From IMG/VR virus record IMGVR_UViG_3300034117_002447, positions 186,001-250,000 of that record: a DNA stretch of 64,000 bases. One strand, given 5' to 3'. Below the pieces are notes generated by a model. The model did no database searches and was not told the origin of the DNA. It was given only the letters and a program-made list of their open reading frames with translations. The translations under genes were made by a program, and so were the position numbers. Below are positions 21,001 through 29,361 of the stretch, in pieces. Numbering within the stretch: position 1 is the first letter of the stretch; the number at the start of each line of letters is the position of its first letter.

Positions 21001-24000
21001 CTGAACCTGACGTTCCTGATACTCCATCTATACCGGAAGTTCCCGAGCTACCACTTGTACCTGAAGTACCGCTTGTTCCAGAAGTACCTCGTGTTCCAGA
21101 AGAACCTGAACTTCCATTTGAACCGGAAGTTCCTGATGTGCCAGAGCTTCCATTAGAACCAGAAGTTCCAGAAGAACCGCTTGTACCACTTGATCCGTTT
21201 GACCCTGAAGTTCCAGATGTTCCAGAAGAACCGTTTGAACCTGATGTACCTGAAGTTCCAGAAGATCCATTAGAACCAGATGTACCAGAAGATCCATTAG
21301 AACCTGAGGTTCCAGAAGAACCTGAAGTACCGGATGTACCATTTGAACCATCTACTCCGCTTATACCTGAAGTACCAGAAGTACCTCGTGTTCCAGAAGA
21401 ACCTGAGCTACCATTTGAACCACTTGTTCCAGAAGAACCGTTTGAACCTGAAGTTCCACTTGATCCGTTTGAACCTGAAGTTCCAGAAGAACCATTAGAG
21501 CCTGAAGTACCAGCAGAACCTGAAGTTCCAGATACTCCATCTATACCGGAAGTACCAGAAGAACCGGCTGTTCCGGAACTTCCATTTGATCCTGAAGTAC
21601 CGCTTGAGCCGTTTGAACCAGAAGTACCTGACGTTCCTGAGCTGCCGTTTGAACCTGAAGTTCCAGCTGTTCCAGAAGAACCATTAGAACCGCTTGTCCC
21701 AGAAGTACCTGAGCTACCATTAGAACCAGATGTTCCACTTGAGCCGTTTGAACCAGAAGTACCGGCGGTTCCTGAGGTTCCAGACGTACCTGAAGTTCCT
21801 GAGGTTCCGCTTGTACCAGTCGATCCTGACGTTCCGGATGTTCCGCTTGTACCAGCAGTGCCTGATGAACCTGATGTTCCAGAAGAACTTGAAATTTGGC
21901 CAGTTGAGGTTAACACAAAAGAGTAATTTTGAGTTCCCTCAGTGTACCAAGTCACATCATGATTTCCACTAGACTGATCGACTACGTATATTTTAACAAT
22001 CATTCTATCCGTTGGATTAATAGTTGTTGTTGGTAGCACTACATCAACGTTAGCTTCAACTGGAATCGTTGAACTAATCCAACCTATAAGAACTTGATTA
22101 GTTGGTATTACTGTTCCATAACTAACACCTGCACTATTTGCTAATTCAATAGTAACAAATGTGTCTGTATTAAATCCTGCGCCGTCTTTTAAGAAATGTA
22201 AATGGAATCTTTGTGTTCCTCCTGGTATTACAGAAAATCCTAATTCAGGAGTTATAAATTGTTGTACTAATACTGGAGTAGTACCTGTTGTAGTTTTAAG
22301 TATTGATTGTTGAGCAGCGCCGGTCGGATTAATATTTAGGTCTCTATACGTACCTATTCCAGAAGCAACTGACTGATTAAAATAATAAATTTGACCTGCC
22401 GATATTCCAGTAGCTCCACTAGTTCCTGAAGAACCAGATGTTCCACTTGAACCGGAAGTTCCAGAAGTTCCGCTTGTTCCAGAAGTTCCTGACGAACCTG
22501 AAGTTCCAGAAGTTCCGCTTGTACCCGCCGTGCCGGATGAACCTGATGTTCCCGAAGTTCCACTTGAACCAGAAGTTCCAGTAGTTCCAGAAGAACCTGA
22601 TGTTCCAGCCGTTCCGCTTGATCCATTTGAACCAGATGTTCCTGACGAACCAGAAGTACCTGAGCTACCGTCTGAACCTGAAGTTCCAGAAGAACCATTT
22701 GTTCCTGAGACTCCGTCTATTCCAGAAGTACCTGAAGAACCATCTGATCCTGACGTTCCAGAAGAACCATTTGAACCTGATGTACCAGATGTTCCTGACG
22801 AACCATTAGAACCACTTGTTCCAGAAGTACCTGAGCTACCATTTGAACCGGAAGTCCCTGATGTTCCAGAAGAACCGTTAGAACCTGATGTTCCTGACGA
22901 ACCAGAAGTACCTGAGCTACCGTCTGAACCCGATGTTCCAGAAGAACCGTTTGAACCTGAAGTACCAGATGAACCGTTAGAACCTGATGTTCCTGACGAA
23001 CCAGAAGTACCTGAGCTACCGGCTGAACCTGACGTACCAGAAGAACCATTTGTTCCTGAGACTCCGTCTATTCCACTAGTACCTGAAGAACCATCTGAGC
23101 CTGAAGTTCCAGAAGAACCATTTGAACCTGATGTACCAGAGGTACCATTTGAACCTGAAGTTCCAGAAGAACCATTTGAACCAGAAGTACCTGATGTTCC
23201 AGAAGAACCGTTTGAACCTGAAGTACCAGTTGAACCAGAAGTACCGGATGTTCCTGAAGAACCGTCTGAACCTGAAGTTCCTGAAGAACCGTTTGAACCT
23301 GATGTTCCAGAGCTACCATTTGAACCTGAAGTACCTGAAGTACCTGAGCTACCATCTGAGCCGGAAGTTCCGCTTGAGCCGTTTGTTCCTGAGACTCCAT
23401 CTATTCCAGAAGTTCCAGAAGAACCGTCTGAACCTGATGTACCGCTTGAGCCGTTAGAGCCTGAAGTACCAGATGTACCAGATGTTCCCGAAGAACCGTT
23501 AGAACCTGAAGTACCTGAAGTTCCAGAAGAACCTGAAGTACCAGAGCTACCGTTTGAGCCTGAAGTACCTGAGCTACCGTCTGAGCCACTAGTACCAGAA
23601 GAACCATTTGAACCAGATGTTCCTGAAGTACCAGAGCTACCATTTGAACCGGAGGTACCTGATGTTCCAGAAGAACCTGAAGTACCTGAGCTACCATCTG
23701 AACCTGATGTTCCCGAAGAACCATTTGTTCCAGAAACTCCGTCTATTCCAGAAGTTCCAGAAGAACCGTCTGAACCGCTAGTACCGCTTGAGCCGTTTGA
23801 ACCCGAAGTTCCAGAAGAACCGTTTGAACCTGAAGTTCCGCTTGTGCCGGAAGTTCCAGCTGAACCACTTGTTCCACTTGATCCGCTAGTACCCGAGCTA
23901 CCATTTGAGCCACTAGTACCTGAGCTACCATTTGAACCTGAAGTACCCGAAGTACCAGATGAACCAGAAGTACCGCTTGAGCCGTTTGAACCTGAAGTTC

Positions 24001-26206
24001 CTGAAGTACCTGAAGAACCGTTAGAACCAGAAGTACCTGAGCTACCGTCTGAACCTGACGTACCTGCTGAACCTGAAGTTCCTGATACACCATCTATTCC
24101 AGAAGTACCTGAAGAACCATCTGAACCTGAAGTTCCAGAAGAACCGTTTGAACCTGATGTACCGGATGTTCCAGAAGAACCGTTTGATCCTGAAGTTCCA
24201 GAAGAACCATCTGAACCTGACGTACCAGATGAACCATTTGTTCCTGAGACTCCATCTATTCCTGATGTACCTGAGCTACCGTCTGATCCTGAAGTACCTG
24301 AGGTACCATTTGAACCTGAAGTACCTGAGGTACCATTTGAACCGTTTGAACCTGAAGTTCCGTTTGAACCCGAAGTTCCAGAAGAACCATCTGAACCGGA
24401 CGTACCGGCAGAACCTGAAGTTCCTGATACTCCGTCTATTCCAGAAGTACCTGAGCTACCGTCTGATCCTGAAGTACCTGAGCTACCGTTTGATCCTGAA
24501 GTTCCAGAGCTACCATTTGAACCTGAAGTACCTGAGGTACCATTTGAACCTGAAGTACCGCTTGAGCCATCTGACCCTGAAGTTCCAGCCGAACCTGATG
24601 TTCCTGAGACTCCGTCTATTCCTGATGTTCCGGAAGATCCATTTGAACCAGAAGTTCCAGAAGAACCGTTTGAACCGGAAGTTCCAGAAGAACCATTTGA
24701 ACCGGAAGTACCTGAGCTACCGTCTGAACCTGACGTACCTGCTGAACCTGAAGTTCCGGAAACTCCGTCTATTCCTGATGTTCCCGAAGAACCGTCTGAC
24801 CCTGAAGTTCCAGAGCTACCATTTGAGCCTGATGTACCGCTTGAGCCGTTAGAACCTGAAGTTCCAGAAGAACCGTTTGAGCCTGATGTTCCAGAGCTAC
24901 CGTCTGAACCGCTTGTTCCAGAAGAACCGCTTGTTCCTGAGACTCCATCTATTCCTGAAGTACCTGAACTACCGTCTGAACCAGAAGTACCTGAAGTACC
25001 GGCTGACCCTGAAGTACCTGATGTTCCCGAAGAACCTGAAGTACCTGAGCTACCGTCTGAACCTGAAGTTCCAGCTGAACCTGAAGTTCCGGAAACTCCA
25101 TCTATTCCTGAAGTACCTGAGCTACCGTCTGAACCAGAAGTACCTGAAGAACCTGATGTACCAGTTGAACCAGAAGTACCTGATGTACCTGATGTACCTG
25201 AGCTACCGTCTGAACCTGAAGTTCCAGAAGAACCGTTTGTTCCAGAGACTCCATCTATTCCTGAAGTACCTGAGCTACCGTCTGAACCAGAAGTACCTGA
25301 AGAACCTGATGTACCAGTTGAACCAGAAGTACCTGATGTACCTGAGCTGCCGTCTGAACCTGAAGTTCCAGAAGAACCGTTTGTTCCAGAGACTCCATCT
25401 ATTCCTGAAGTACCAGAGCTGCCATCTGCACCAGAAGTCCCAGCTGAACCAGACGTTCCACTTGAACCGTTTGAGCCGGATGTACCAGAAGTACCGGTTG
25501 AACCGGACGTACCTGAAGTACCTGACGTACCAGATGAACCGGCAGTACCGGAAGTTCCACTTGTTCCTGAAGTACCGGATGAACTAGTAAGTCCATCTTC
25601 TAATGTTGTACCAATATAGTAAAAACCTTTAATATATGGATCAACTGATCCATAAGTAGAAGTTAAATAAGTAACCATTGAATCTGATAATAGTAGAATA
25701 CCATTATCGTAATTAAAAACCCAACTTACTTCAGTGCCTGCATTATCAGTAGTTAAGATTTGGGTTCCGCCTGATGCAGGATTACCATTCCAAAATTCAG
25801 CGGTCCATCCAATTGAAGGAGCACCGCTTGCTTGCAATATCTTTTGAGGTTGAATCCAGTCTAGGATTTGTGTGTTAAAATCGTTAAGCGTCGAACAGGC
25901 TACCCATGTAGTATTATTACCTGAAATAACTTGACTTAATTCTACGGCATTTCCTGTAGAATATGCGTCTGCTACAATCGTTTCCAACGGTTGACCTGAT
26001 GCTAATAGAGCAACAGCCGCTGATTTATTTGCAACTGGGTTTTGTTTAACAACATCGAACTGAGTTAAAACTCGAGCAGCTGATATATTAGGGTTAAACG
26101 CAAACTTTGCTTCGTACCAATTAAAATTAGAGGCAGAATCAATTACGTTTGCGGCTTGGACCTTAAATACGAGTTTTAATCTTTCATTATCTGTATAGCC
26201 TGCCAT
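15014..26206 (-). CDS. Giant 3730-aa Gly/Ser/Thr repeat fibre protein (proline-free Gly-X-Y) with four non-repetitive domains
   Basis: Uninterrupted ORF. Unique domains at about 25585-26206, 21895-22410, 15790-16170 and 15014-15600, separated by (GSS/GTS/GSN)n blocks. Confidence 0.85.
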   Translation of the reverse strand: MAGYTDNERLKLVFKVQAANVIDSASNFNWYEAKFAFNPNISAARVLTQFDVVKQNPVANKSAAVALLASGQPLETIVADAYSTGNAVELSQVISGNNTTWVACSTLNDFNTQILDWIQPQKILQASGAPSIGWTAEFWNGNPASGGTQILTTDNAGTEVSWVFNYDNGILLLSDSMVTYLTSTYGSVDPYIKGFYYIGTTLEDGLTSSSGTSGTSGTSGTAGSSGTSGTSGTSGSTGTSGTSGSNGSSGTSGSAGTSGADGSSGTSGIDGVSGTNGSSGTSGSDGSSGTSGTSGSTGTSGSSGTSGSDGSSGTSGIDGVSGTNGSSGTSGSDGSSGTSGTSGTSGSTGTSGSSGTSGSDGSSGTSGIDGVSGTSGSAGTSGSDGSSGTSGSSGTSGTSGSAGTSGTSGSDGSSGTSGIDGVSGTSGSSGTSGSDGSSGTSGSNGSSGTSGSNGSSGTSGSNGSSGTSGSDGSSGTSGIDGVSGTSGSAGTSGSDGSSGTSGSNGSSGTSGSNGSSGTSGSNGSSGTSGIDGVSGTSGSAGTSGSDGSSGTSGSNGTSGTSGSNGSSGTSGSNGSSGTSGSDGSSGTSGIDGVSGTSGSAGTSGSDGSSGTSGSNGTSGSNGSNGTSGTSGSNGTSGTSGSDGSSGTSGIDGVSGTNGSSGTSGSDGSSGTSGSNGSSGTSGTSGSNGSSGTSGSDGSSGTSGIDGVSGTSGSAGTSGSDGSSGTSGSNGSSGTSGTSGSNGSSGTSGSSGTSGTSGSNGSSGTSGSNGSSGTSGSSGTSGSAGTSGTSGTSGSNGSSGTSGSNGSSGTSGSDGSSGTSGIDGVSGTNGSSGTSGSDGSSGTSGSSGTSGTSGSNGSSGTSGTSGSNGSSGTSGSDGSSGTSGSNGSSGTSGSSGTSGTSGSNGSSGTSGTSGTSGSNGSSGTSGSDGSSGTSGIDGVSGTNGSSGTSGSDGSSGTSGTSGSNGSSGTSGSNGSSGTSGSDGSSGTSGTSGSTGTSGSNGSSGTSGTSGSNGSSGTSGSNGTSGTSGSNGSSGTSGSDGSSGTSGIDGVSGTNGSSGTSGSAGSSGTSGSSGTSGSNGSSGTSGSNGSSGTSGSDGSSGTSGSSGTSGSNGSSGTSGTSGSNGSSGTSGTSGSNGSSGTSGTSGSNGSSGTSGSDGSSGTSGIDGVSGTNGSSGTSGSDGSSGTSGSSGTSGSNGSSGTAGTSGSSGTTGTSGSSGTSGTSGSSGTAGTSGTSGTSGSSGTSGTSGTSGTSGSSGTSGSSGTSGATGISAGQIYYFNQSVASGIGTYRDLNINPTGAAQQSILKTTTGTTPVLVQQFITPELGFSVIPGGTQRFHLHFLKDGAGFNTDTFVTIELANSAGVSYGTVIPTNQVLIGWISSTIPVEANVDVVLPTTTINPTDRMIVKIYVVDQSSGNHDVTWYTEGTQNYSFVLTSTGQISSSSGTSGSSGTAGTSGTSGTSGSTGTSGTSGTSGTSGTSGTAGTSGSNGSSGTSGSNGSSGTSGTSGSNGSSGTAGTSGSNGSSGTSGTSGSNGSSGTSGSNGSSGTAGSSGTSGIDGVSGTSGSAGTSGSNGSSGTSGSNGSSGTSGSNGSSGTSGSNGSSGSSGTRGTSGTSGISGVDGSNGTSGTSGSSGTSGSNGSSGTSGSNGSSGTSGTSGSNGSSGTSGTSGSNGSSGTSGSSGTSGSNGSSGTSGTSGSNGSSGSSGTRGTSGTSGTSGTSGSSGTSGIDGVSGTSGSAGTSGSNGSSGTSGSNGSSGSSGTRGTSGTSGTSGSNGSSGTSGTSGSNGSSGTSGTSGSNGSSGTSGTSGSNGSSGTSGTSGTSGTSGSNGSSGTSGTSGSNGSSGTSGTSGSNGSSGTSGTSGSNGSSGTSGSNGSSGSSGTRGTSGTSGSSGTSGIDGVSGTSGSAGTSGTSGSNGSSGSSGTRGTSGTSGSNGSSGTSGTSGSNGSSGTSGTSGSSGTSGSSGSSGTSGTSGSNGSSGTSGSNGSSGTSGTSGSNGSSGTSGTSGSNGSSGTSGSSGTSGSNGSSGTAGTSGTSGSTGTSGTSGSNGSSGSSGTSGTSGSNGSSGTSGSSGTAGTSGSSGTSGSSGTSGSNGSSGSSGTRGTSGTSGTSGSNGSSGTSGIDGVSGTSGSAGTSGSNGSSGTSGTSGTSGSNGSSGTSGSSGSNGSSGTSGSNGSSGSSGTRGTSGTSGTSGTSGSNGSSGTSGTSGSNGSSGTSGTSGSNGSSGTSGTSGSNGSSGTSGSNGSSGTSGTSGSNGSSGTSGSNGSSGSSGTRGTSGTSGTSGTAGTSGSSGTSGIDGVSGTSGSAGTSGSNGSSGTSGSNGSSGSSGTRGTSGTSGTSGTSGTSGSNGSSGTSGSNGSSGTSGTSGSNGSSGTSGTSGSNGSSGTSGSNGSSGTSGTSGSNGSSGTSGSNGSSGTAGTSGSSGTSGSSGTSGSNGSSGTSGSNGSSGSSGTRGTSGTSGTSGTSGSSGTSGIDGVSGTSGSAGTSGSNGSSGTSGSSGSNGSSGSSGTRGTSGTSGTAGTSGSNGSSGTSGTSGSNGSSGTSGSNGSSGTSGTSGSNGSSGTSGTSGTAGTSGSNGSSGTSGASGASGTSGTSGSSGSNGSSGTSGSNGSSGTSGTSGSNGSSGTSGTSGSNGSSGTSGSNGSSGTSGTSGSNGSSGSSGTSGSNGSSGTSGSNGSSGSSGTRGTSGTSGTSGSNGSSGTSGIDGVSGTSGSSGTSGSNGSSGSSGTRGTSGTSGTSGTSGSNGSSGTSGTSGSNGSSGTSGSNGSSGSSGTRGTSGTSGTSGSNGSSGTSGTSGSNGSSGTSGTSGSNGSSGTSGTSGSNGSSGTSGTSGSNGSSGTSGSNGSSGSSGTRGTSGTSGTSGTSGSNGSSGTSGIDGVSGTSGSSGTSGSNGSSGTSGSNGSSGSSGTRGTSGTSGTSGTAGSSGTSGTSGSNGSSGTSGSNGSSGTSGTSGSNGSSGTSGSNGSSGTSGSSGTSGSNGSSGTSGSNGSSGSSGTRGTSGTSGTSGSNGSSGTSGTSGSNGSSGTSGTSGSNGSSGTSGTSGSNGSSGTSGSNGSSGTSGTSGSNGSSGTSGTSGSNGSSGSSGTRGTSGTSGTSGSSGTSGIDGVSGTSGSSGTSGSNGSSGSSGTRGTSGTSGTSGSNGSSGTSGTSGANGSSGTSGTSGSNGSSGTSGSAGSSGTSGSNGSSGTSGTSGSNGSSGTSGSNGSSGSSGTSGSNGSSGTSGTSGSNGSSGTSGSNGSSGSSGTRGTSGTSGTSGSNGSSGTSGSAGSSGTSGIDGVSGTSGSSGTSGSNGSSGSSGTRGTSGTSGSSGTSGSNGSSGSSGTSGSNGSSGSSGTRGTSGTSGSNGSSGTSGATGIAGIDGSNSGRWLFDSSIPAHSNPGATFFRTDSATFAALAKLSVSTTSSASVNYATWLSLITSNSLIQITEVGNNSIIGIYRLISITNNTTWFDLGLAPIAANGTLTNGINYTISFVTFGSNGSSGTAGTSGSSGSSGTRGTSGTSGTSGATGAPGGTGSSGTSGSSGTRGTSGTSGSAGTSGTSITTSGTFNTYVTYGASGTTIEDSTFDIREDDTNDVLLLGPVALYDGRPKEYIYGKQSASDDREKLVHNGVLYSGRINPMAAGQLFIDPGTPILFDFPTPNRIYGIELYVVGSEEVTGSTDYRHYTGAVKNIAGALSLVGAGFTEIVVAQDASLWTATITVGAGGTDLAVKINNNANNRITLAARYEIISNGMLP
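16170..21895 (-). repeat. Repeat block 2 (~1900 codons of Gly-X-Y; GSN/GTR-type)
   Basis: Degenerate 9-nt unit array with 10 GIDGVSG landmarks, all encoded GGT-ATA. Confidence 0.9.
22410..25585 (-). repeat. Repeat block 1 (~1050 codons of Gly-X-Y; GSD-type, Arg-free)
   Basis: Degenerate 9-nt unit array with 13 GIDGVSG landmarks, all encoded GGA-ATA. Confidence 0.9.
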
Positions 26207-26213
26207 TTACTAA

Positions 26214-26414
26214 TTATATTATTTCGTTTTCTATTGATTCTTCCTGGTTTGCCTCATATAATTGACCTTCGTATTCTGCAACCATAATATTAAATTCATT
26301 TATTGTTGTTTTAAATACGTTAACCATATCATCAGAAACTCGTATACTAAGAGAAACACTCTGCTTATCTTTATCTATTTTAACCTTAAGCTTTTTATCG
26401 AAACTTTTTTCCAT
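26214..26414 (-). CDS. Small hypothetical protein
   Basis: 66-aa ORF tightly packed between two same-strand genes. Confidence 0.55.
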   Translation of the reverse strand: MEKSFDKKLKVKIDKDKQSVSLSIRVSDDMVNVFKTTINEFNIMVAEYEGQLYEANQEESIENEII

Positions 26415-26429
26415 ATTATTAATTTTTTT

Positions 26430-28313
26430 TTAGTTGAATGTTACAGTCACTGTATCGATTCTAATAGCTGAATTGTGGATTTTAAATTCTACGTATATTC
26501 CGTTTGTTGCATTAAATCCTCCAAATGTTCCATTTATTGTATTTCCACTGGATGAACCTAATCGGATTTGACCATCAGTTGCACCATCATCAAATGTTCC
26601 AAAATTATAACCTGAACCGTTTAGGATTAATGGATACGAAGTAGGTCCAAAAACTCCAACGGTTGCTCCTATTTTACGAACAGTTACAGTAAGAGCACCG
26701 CTAATTAAATCAGCTAGAGCAGATCCGCCTGCGAAAGTTCCAGCGAATACCATTGAAAAACTAGGAATTGGAACGCTTGACGAACTTAGTGTAGTATAAA
26801 ATTTTCTATAGTACGATGCAGCTGCAGTAAGTGAAGAATAGTTTGGGTTTGAACCATTTAAGTCTGATTTAAAAGCAGCTAGATCGGGTTGAATTGTTGC
26901 AGTATTTGGTGCAGTTAAGAAATATTGATCAGGTCTAACGATTGTACCACCGACAACGCAAGCATTTCCGTTTGATAGACTTGCGGTAGAAACCCATGCA
27001 GTCGTGTAATCGCTTTGTAATCTAAAAGCCTCATCGTCAAATCGCTCTACGTATTGAGTGCTATTTCCACTAGTTGGATATGTGTCCACTAATATTGAAT
27101 GAGTTGAAGAAGATTTAGTTCCGCCTGAAGACCATGGATCAAATAGTGAAGCAGTCGCGGCTGCAGTTGCTCCTCGATACCTAAAATTTGAAGAATTAAT
27201 CGCCCAATTTAAAATATCATATTCAGCAGCTGTATTGTTGAAGAAATTGGTCCATCCAGTAAAAGTACCAGAAGTTGGTGACCATGCATATTCAGCAATA
27301 GTTGGAACTCCGTACGATGGTGCAACAAATTGAAAATTAGTATTTGCGCCAAGAGCACGGCCTTGAGTATTTGCGTTTAGGTTATTAATTGCATCAACGT
27401 GTGCACTAAACTGTGAAGTTAGAGTGTAGTACTCAACACCGCTTAGATGCTTGGTTACAATATTTCCTAGAGTTTCTTCGATTGTACAAGTTGAACCGGC
27501 TCCAAAGCTTGGAGTAGATGCATTTGTATCAAAGAAAACTGCAGATTGTGTATAAGTGAAAGTTTGAGCACCATCACTAGTTGAATCAGTTAGGTTTGTA
27601 ATAACTATATTGTATTTACCGCCGTCTATTAAACCTACGCCAGATAGTACTTGATCAATATCAACGGTTACGGTAATGTCAGCTTTTTGTTTTAAACTAT
27701 CAGTTGCAAAACCGGCAATAATAATGTCAATACCGTCTGTACTTGAATATGTCCCGTCTGCAGTAACTCCCTGAGAAAATGTTGAAATAATAGTGGTGCC
27801 ATCTGCATCATATACATCAACGGTTACCGTAGCGTCTCCGCCTTGACCAGTTACCGCATTTGCTGTACTGAATGAGACTGTGCTACTAGTTGTCGTTGAC
27901 TGATTTGTACCTGCCCAAGTTCCAGCCTTAAATGGAGTTCCTTCAGTCGTTGGATTGCTTATTCTAACCGTTGATCTAGCTAAAGTTTCTGATACTAATC
28001 CAGACGAGGTTCCGTCGTTTGTGCCAAAGTGACTTGCGAATGTTGGAGTAGGAACGTAAACATTTATTGTACTTGAATCTCCAGGTTTCTGAGCTCCAAG
28101 TATATCAATTCCAACAAAATTAACTTTTGAATAATTTCCGACAAGAACGCCTTCATCATAAAAATCAATTCCGCTAATTCCACTTGAGCCGGTATTTGGA
28201 GAATCATTCCAATATAAATTACCCGAATTATCTATTGCTAAAAATTTAGTCTTGGTGTTATCCTGGGATACTCCGCTAAGATCAACTTGTTTTATTTTAA
28301 GTTTGTGGGACAT
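26430..28313 (-). CDS. Ser/Thr/Gly-rich putative virion structural protein
   Basis: 627 aa, rich in beta-type T/S/G residues, first gene behind a late-promoter motif; carries a vestigial TGSSGISG. Confidence 0.6.
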   Translation of the reverse strand: MSHKLKIKQVDLSGVSQDNTKTKFLAIDNSGNLYWNDSPNTGSSGISGIDFYDEGVLVGNYSKVNFVGIDILGAQKPGDSSTINVYVPTPTFASHFGTNDGTSSGLVSETLARSTVRISNPTTEGTPFKAGTWAGTNQSTTTSSTVSFSTANAVTGQGGDATVTVDVYDADGTTIISTFSQGVTADGTYSSTDGIDIIIAGFATDSLKQKADITVTVDIDQVLSGVGLIDGGKYNIVITNLTDSTSDGAQTFTYTQSAVFFDTNASTPSFGAGSTCTIEETLGNIVTKHLSGVEYYTLTSQFSAHVDAINNLNANTQGRALGANTNFQFVAPSYGVPTIAEYAWSPTSGTFTGWTNFFNNTAAEYDILNWAINSSNFRYRGATAAATASLFDPWSSGGTKSSSTHSILVDTYPTSGNSTQYVERFDDEAFRLQSDYTTAWVSTASLSNGNACVVGGTIVRPDQYFLTAPNTATIQPDLAAFKSDLNGSNPNYSSLTAAASYYRKFYTTLSSSSVPIPSFSMVFAGTFAGGSALADLISGALTVTVRKIGATVGVFGPTSYPLILNGSGYNFGTFDDGATDGQIRLGSSSGNTINGTFGGFNATNGIYVEFKIHNSAIRIDTVTVTFN

Positions 28314-28343
28314 TCGGTTTTAATTTACATTTTTCTACTACAG

Positions 28344-28352
28344 TTATTTATC
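28344..28352 (-). promoter_or_regulatory. Putative late promoter GATAAATAA heading the fibre operon
   Basis: Intergenic, 30 nt upstream of the 28313 start. Confidence 0.55.
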
Positions 28353-28374
28353 ATCACTAGTAGATCCAAGTAAT

Positions 28375-29331
28375 CTATTTCCGTTTCTCCTTGGCATATA
28401 AAATAGCAGCAACGTATTTCCCAGATGCGCTTTCCGGATCAACGTACGATAGATCAGTATCAAATGGACTACTTGATCGAAAATCTGCTTTATAAAATAA
28501 CGTATCTTTGGTTGAATCAGTTACTCCAGCATTGTGCATAATTGGGCACTTATTGTATGCATGGATATCAGAAGTTCCCCAACTAAAATCAAGTTCAGGA
28601 GTAACAATCGTCTGGGCTCCCATTTTCCATGCTCCCCAAAGAACTGACCACATATCAGCACACCACTTTTGAATTGGATTAAATTGAGCCGCTTCTTCTG
28701 TAGATAAATTAGAGCGGTCTTGATGCTCTCTATCACACATGTACTTGTAAATAGTCAATGTGTCCTCGGCTACTTCTTTCCAGAAATCGGCAGTTACACC
28801 TTTCATTAAGTATTGAGCACCGCCTGAGCCAGCCTCATTTGCTTCCACTAATTCCGGTGGAATTCCTGAAAGACTGCATAGATCTGTGAAAATATCTTCT
28901 GATTTGCTCTTAATGTACTTCGCACCAATGTATGAAATTGTGTCGCTTACGTACCAATAAAGATCTCCATGTAGGGCATCAAAGTTAGGAAGTTCTCTAA
29001 AAATAATATCAGAATCATGGTAAAAGACAGTTTCTCCACGAAGTTCCGGATGAGCTCTAAAGTGCTGTTCTAGAATATCAGGTCTTAGGATCGGAATGTA
29101 TCCATAATTTTCAGTTATTCTCTTTTTATAGAAAAAGAATCTTACCATTGGATATTTGGAAGCAAGAGCTCTACCTTCAGGCGAAGGTTCATTATCATAG
29201 GCAAATAGAATATCTATCCAGTTAGGGTTTATTCCGCTCTTCATAAAATTATGAATTACTACCTCAACTTGCCAATGAAAATACGGGTGGTCCGGCTGAG
29301 CGGACATAAATATAGTCTTCTTAGTTAGCAT
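28375..29331 (-). CDS. GT-A glycosyltransferase resembling plant Hyp O-arabinosyltransferase (GT95) / peptidyl-Ser galactosyltransferase (GT96)
   Basis: PYFHWQVEV, YGYIPILRP, FYHDSDIIF (DxD), GGAQYLMK and WCADMWSVLWGAWKMG echo HPAT/SERGT motifs YxxWQ, GYxxLNRP, EPDHxF, GNSPxII and WVLEMYAY. Confidence 0.55.
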   Translation of the reverse strand: MLTKKTIFMSAQPDHPYFHWQVEVVIHNFMKSGINPNWIDILFAYDNEPSPEGRALASKYPMVRFFFYKKRITENYGYIPILRPDILEQHFRAHPELRGETVFYHDSDIIFRELPNFDALHGDLYWYVSDTISYIGAKYIKSKSEDIFTDLCSLSGIPPELVEANEAGSGGAQYLMKGVTADFWKEVAEDTLTIYKYMCDREHQDRSNLSTEEAAQFNPIQKWCADMWSVLWGAWKMGAQTIVTPELDFSWGTSDIHAYNKCPIMHNAGVTDSTKDTLFYKADFRSSSPFDTDLSYVDPESASGKYVAAILYAKEKRK

Positions 29332-29361
29332 ACTAATTTATACTACTAATTGGCTTAAGGT

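Noticed and set aside
13634-25596. Dozens of short alternative-frame ORFs (VLLEQ.., MFQKN.. types)
   Set aside because: Frame-shifted readings of the same 9-nt repeat with no independent start signals.
16476-25619. 1816-aa and 1029-aa plus-strand Pro-Glu-Val ORFs
   Set aside because: Antisense shadows. In that frame GGN reads as Pro, TCN as Glu/Asp, ACN as Val, and a stop would need Tyr or His/Gln codons on the sense strand, which the repeat lacks. The ORFs end at or just inside the unique domains.
12387-26206. CRISPR array or satellite DNA
   Set aside because: Repeats are degenerate at wobble positions, keep a reading frame and have no unique spacers; no cas genes.
15014-26206. Bacterial ice-nucleation protein (InaZ-type)
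   Set aside because: Lacks the AGYGSTxTA 16-residue consensus and has no Tyr in the repeats. Ice binding by another fold is not excluded.
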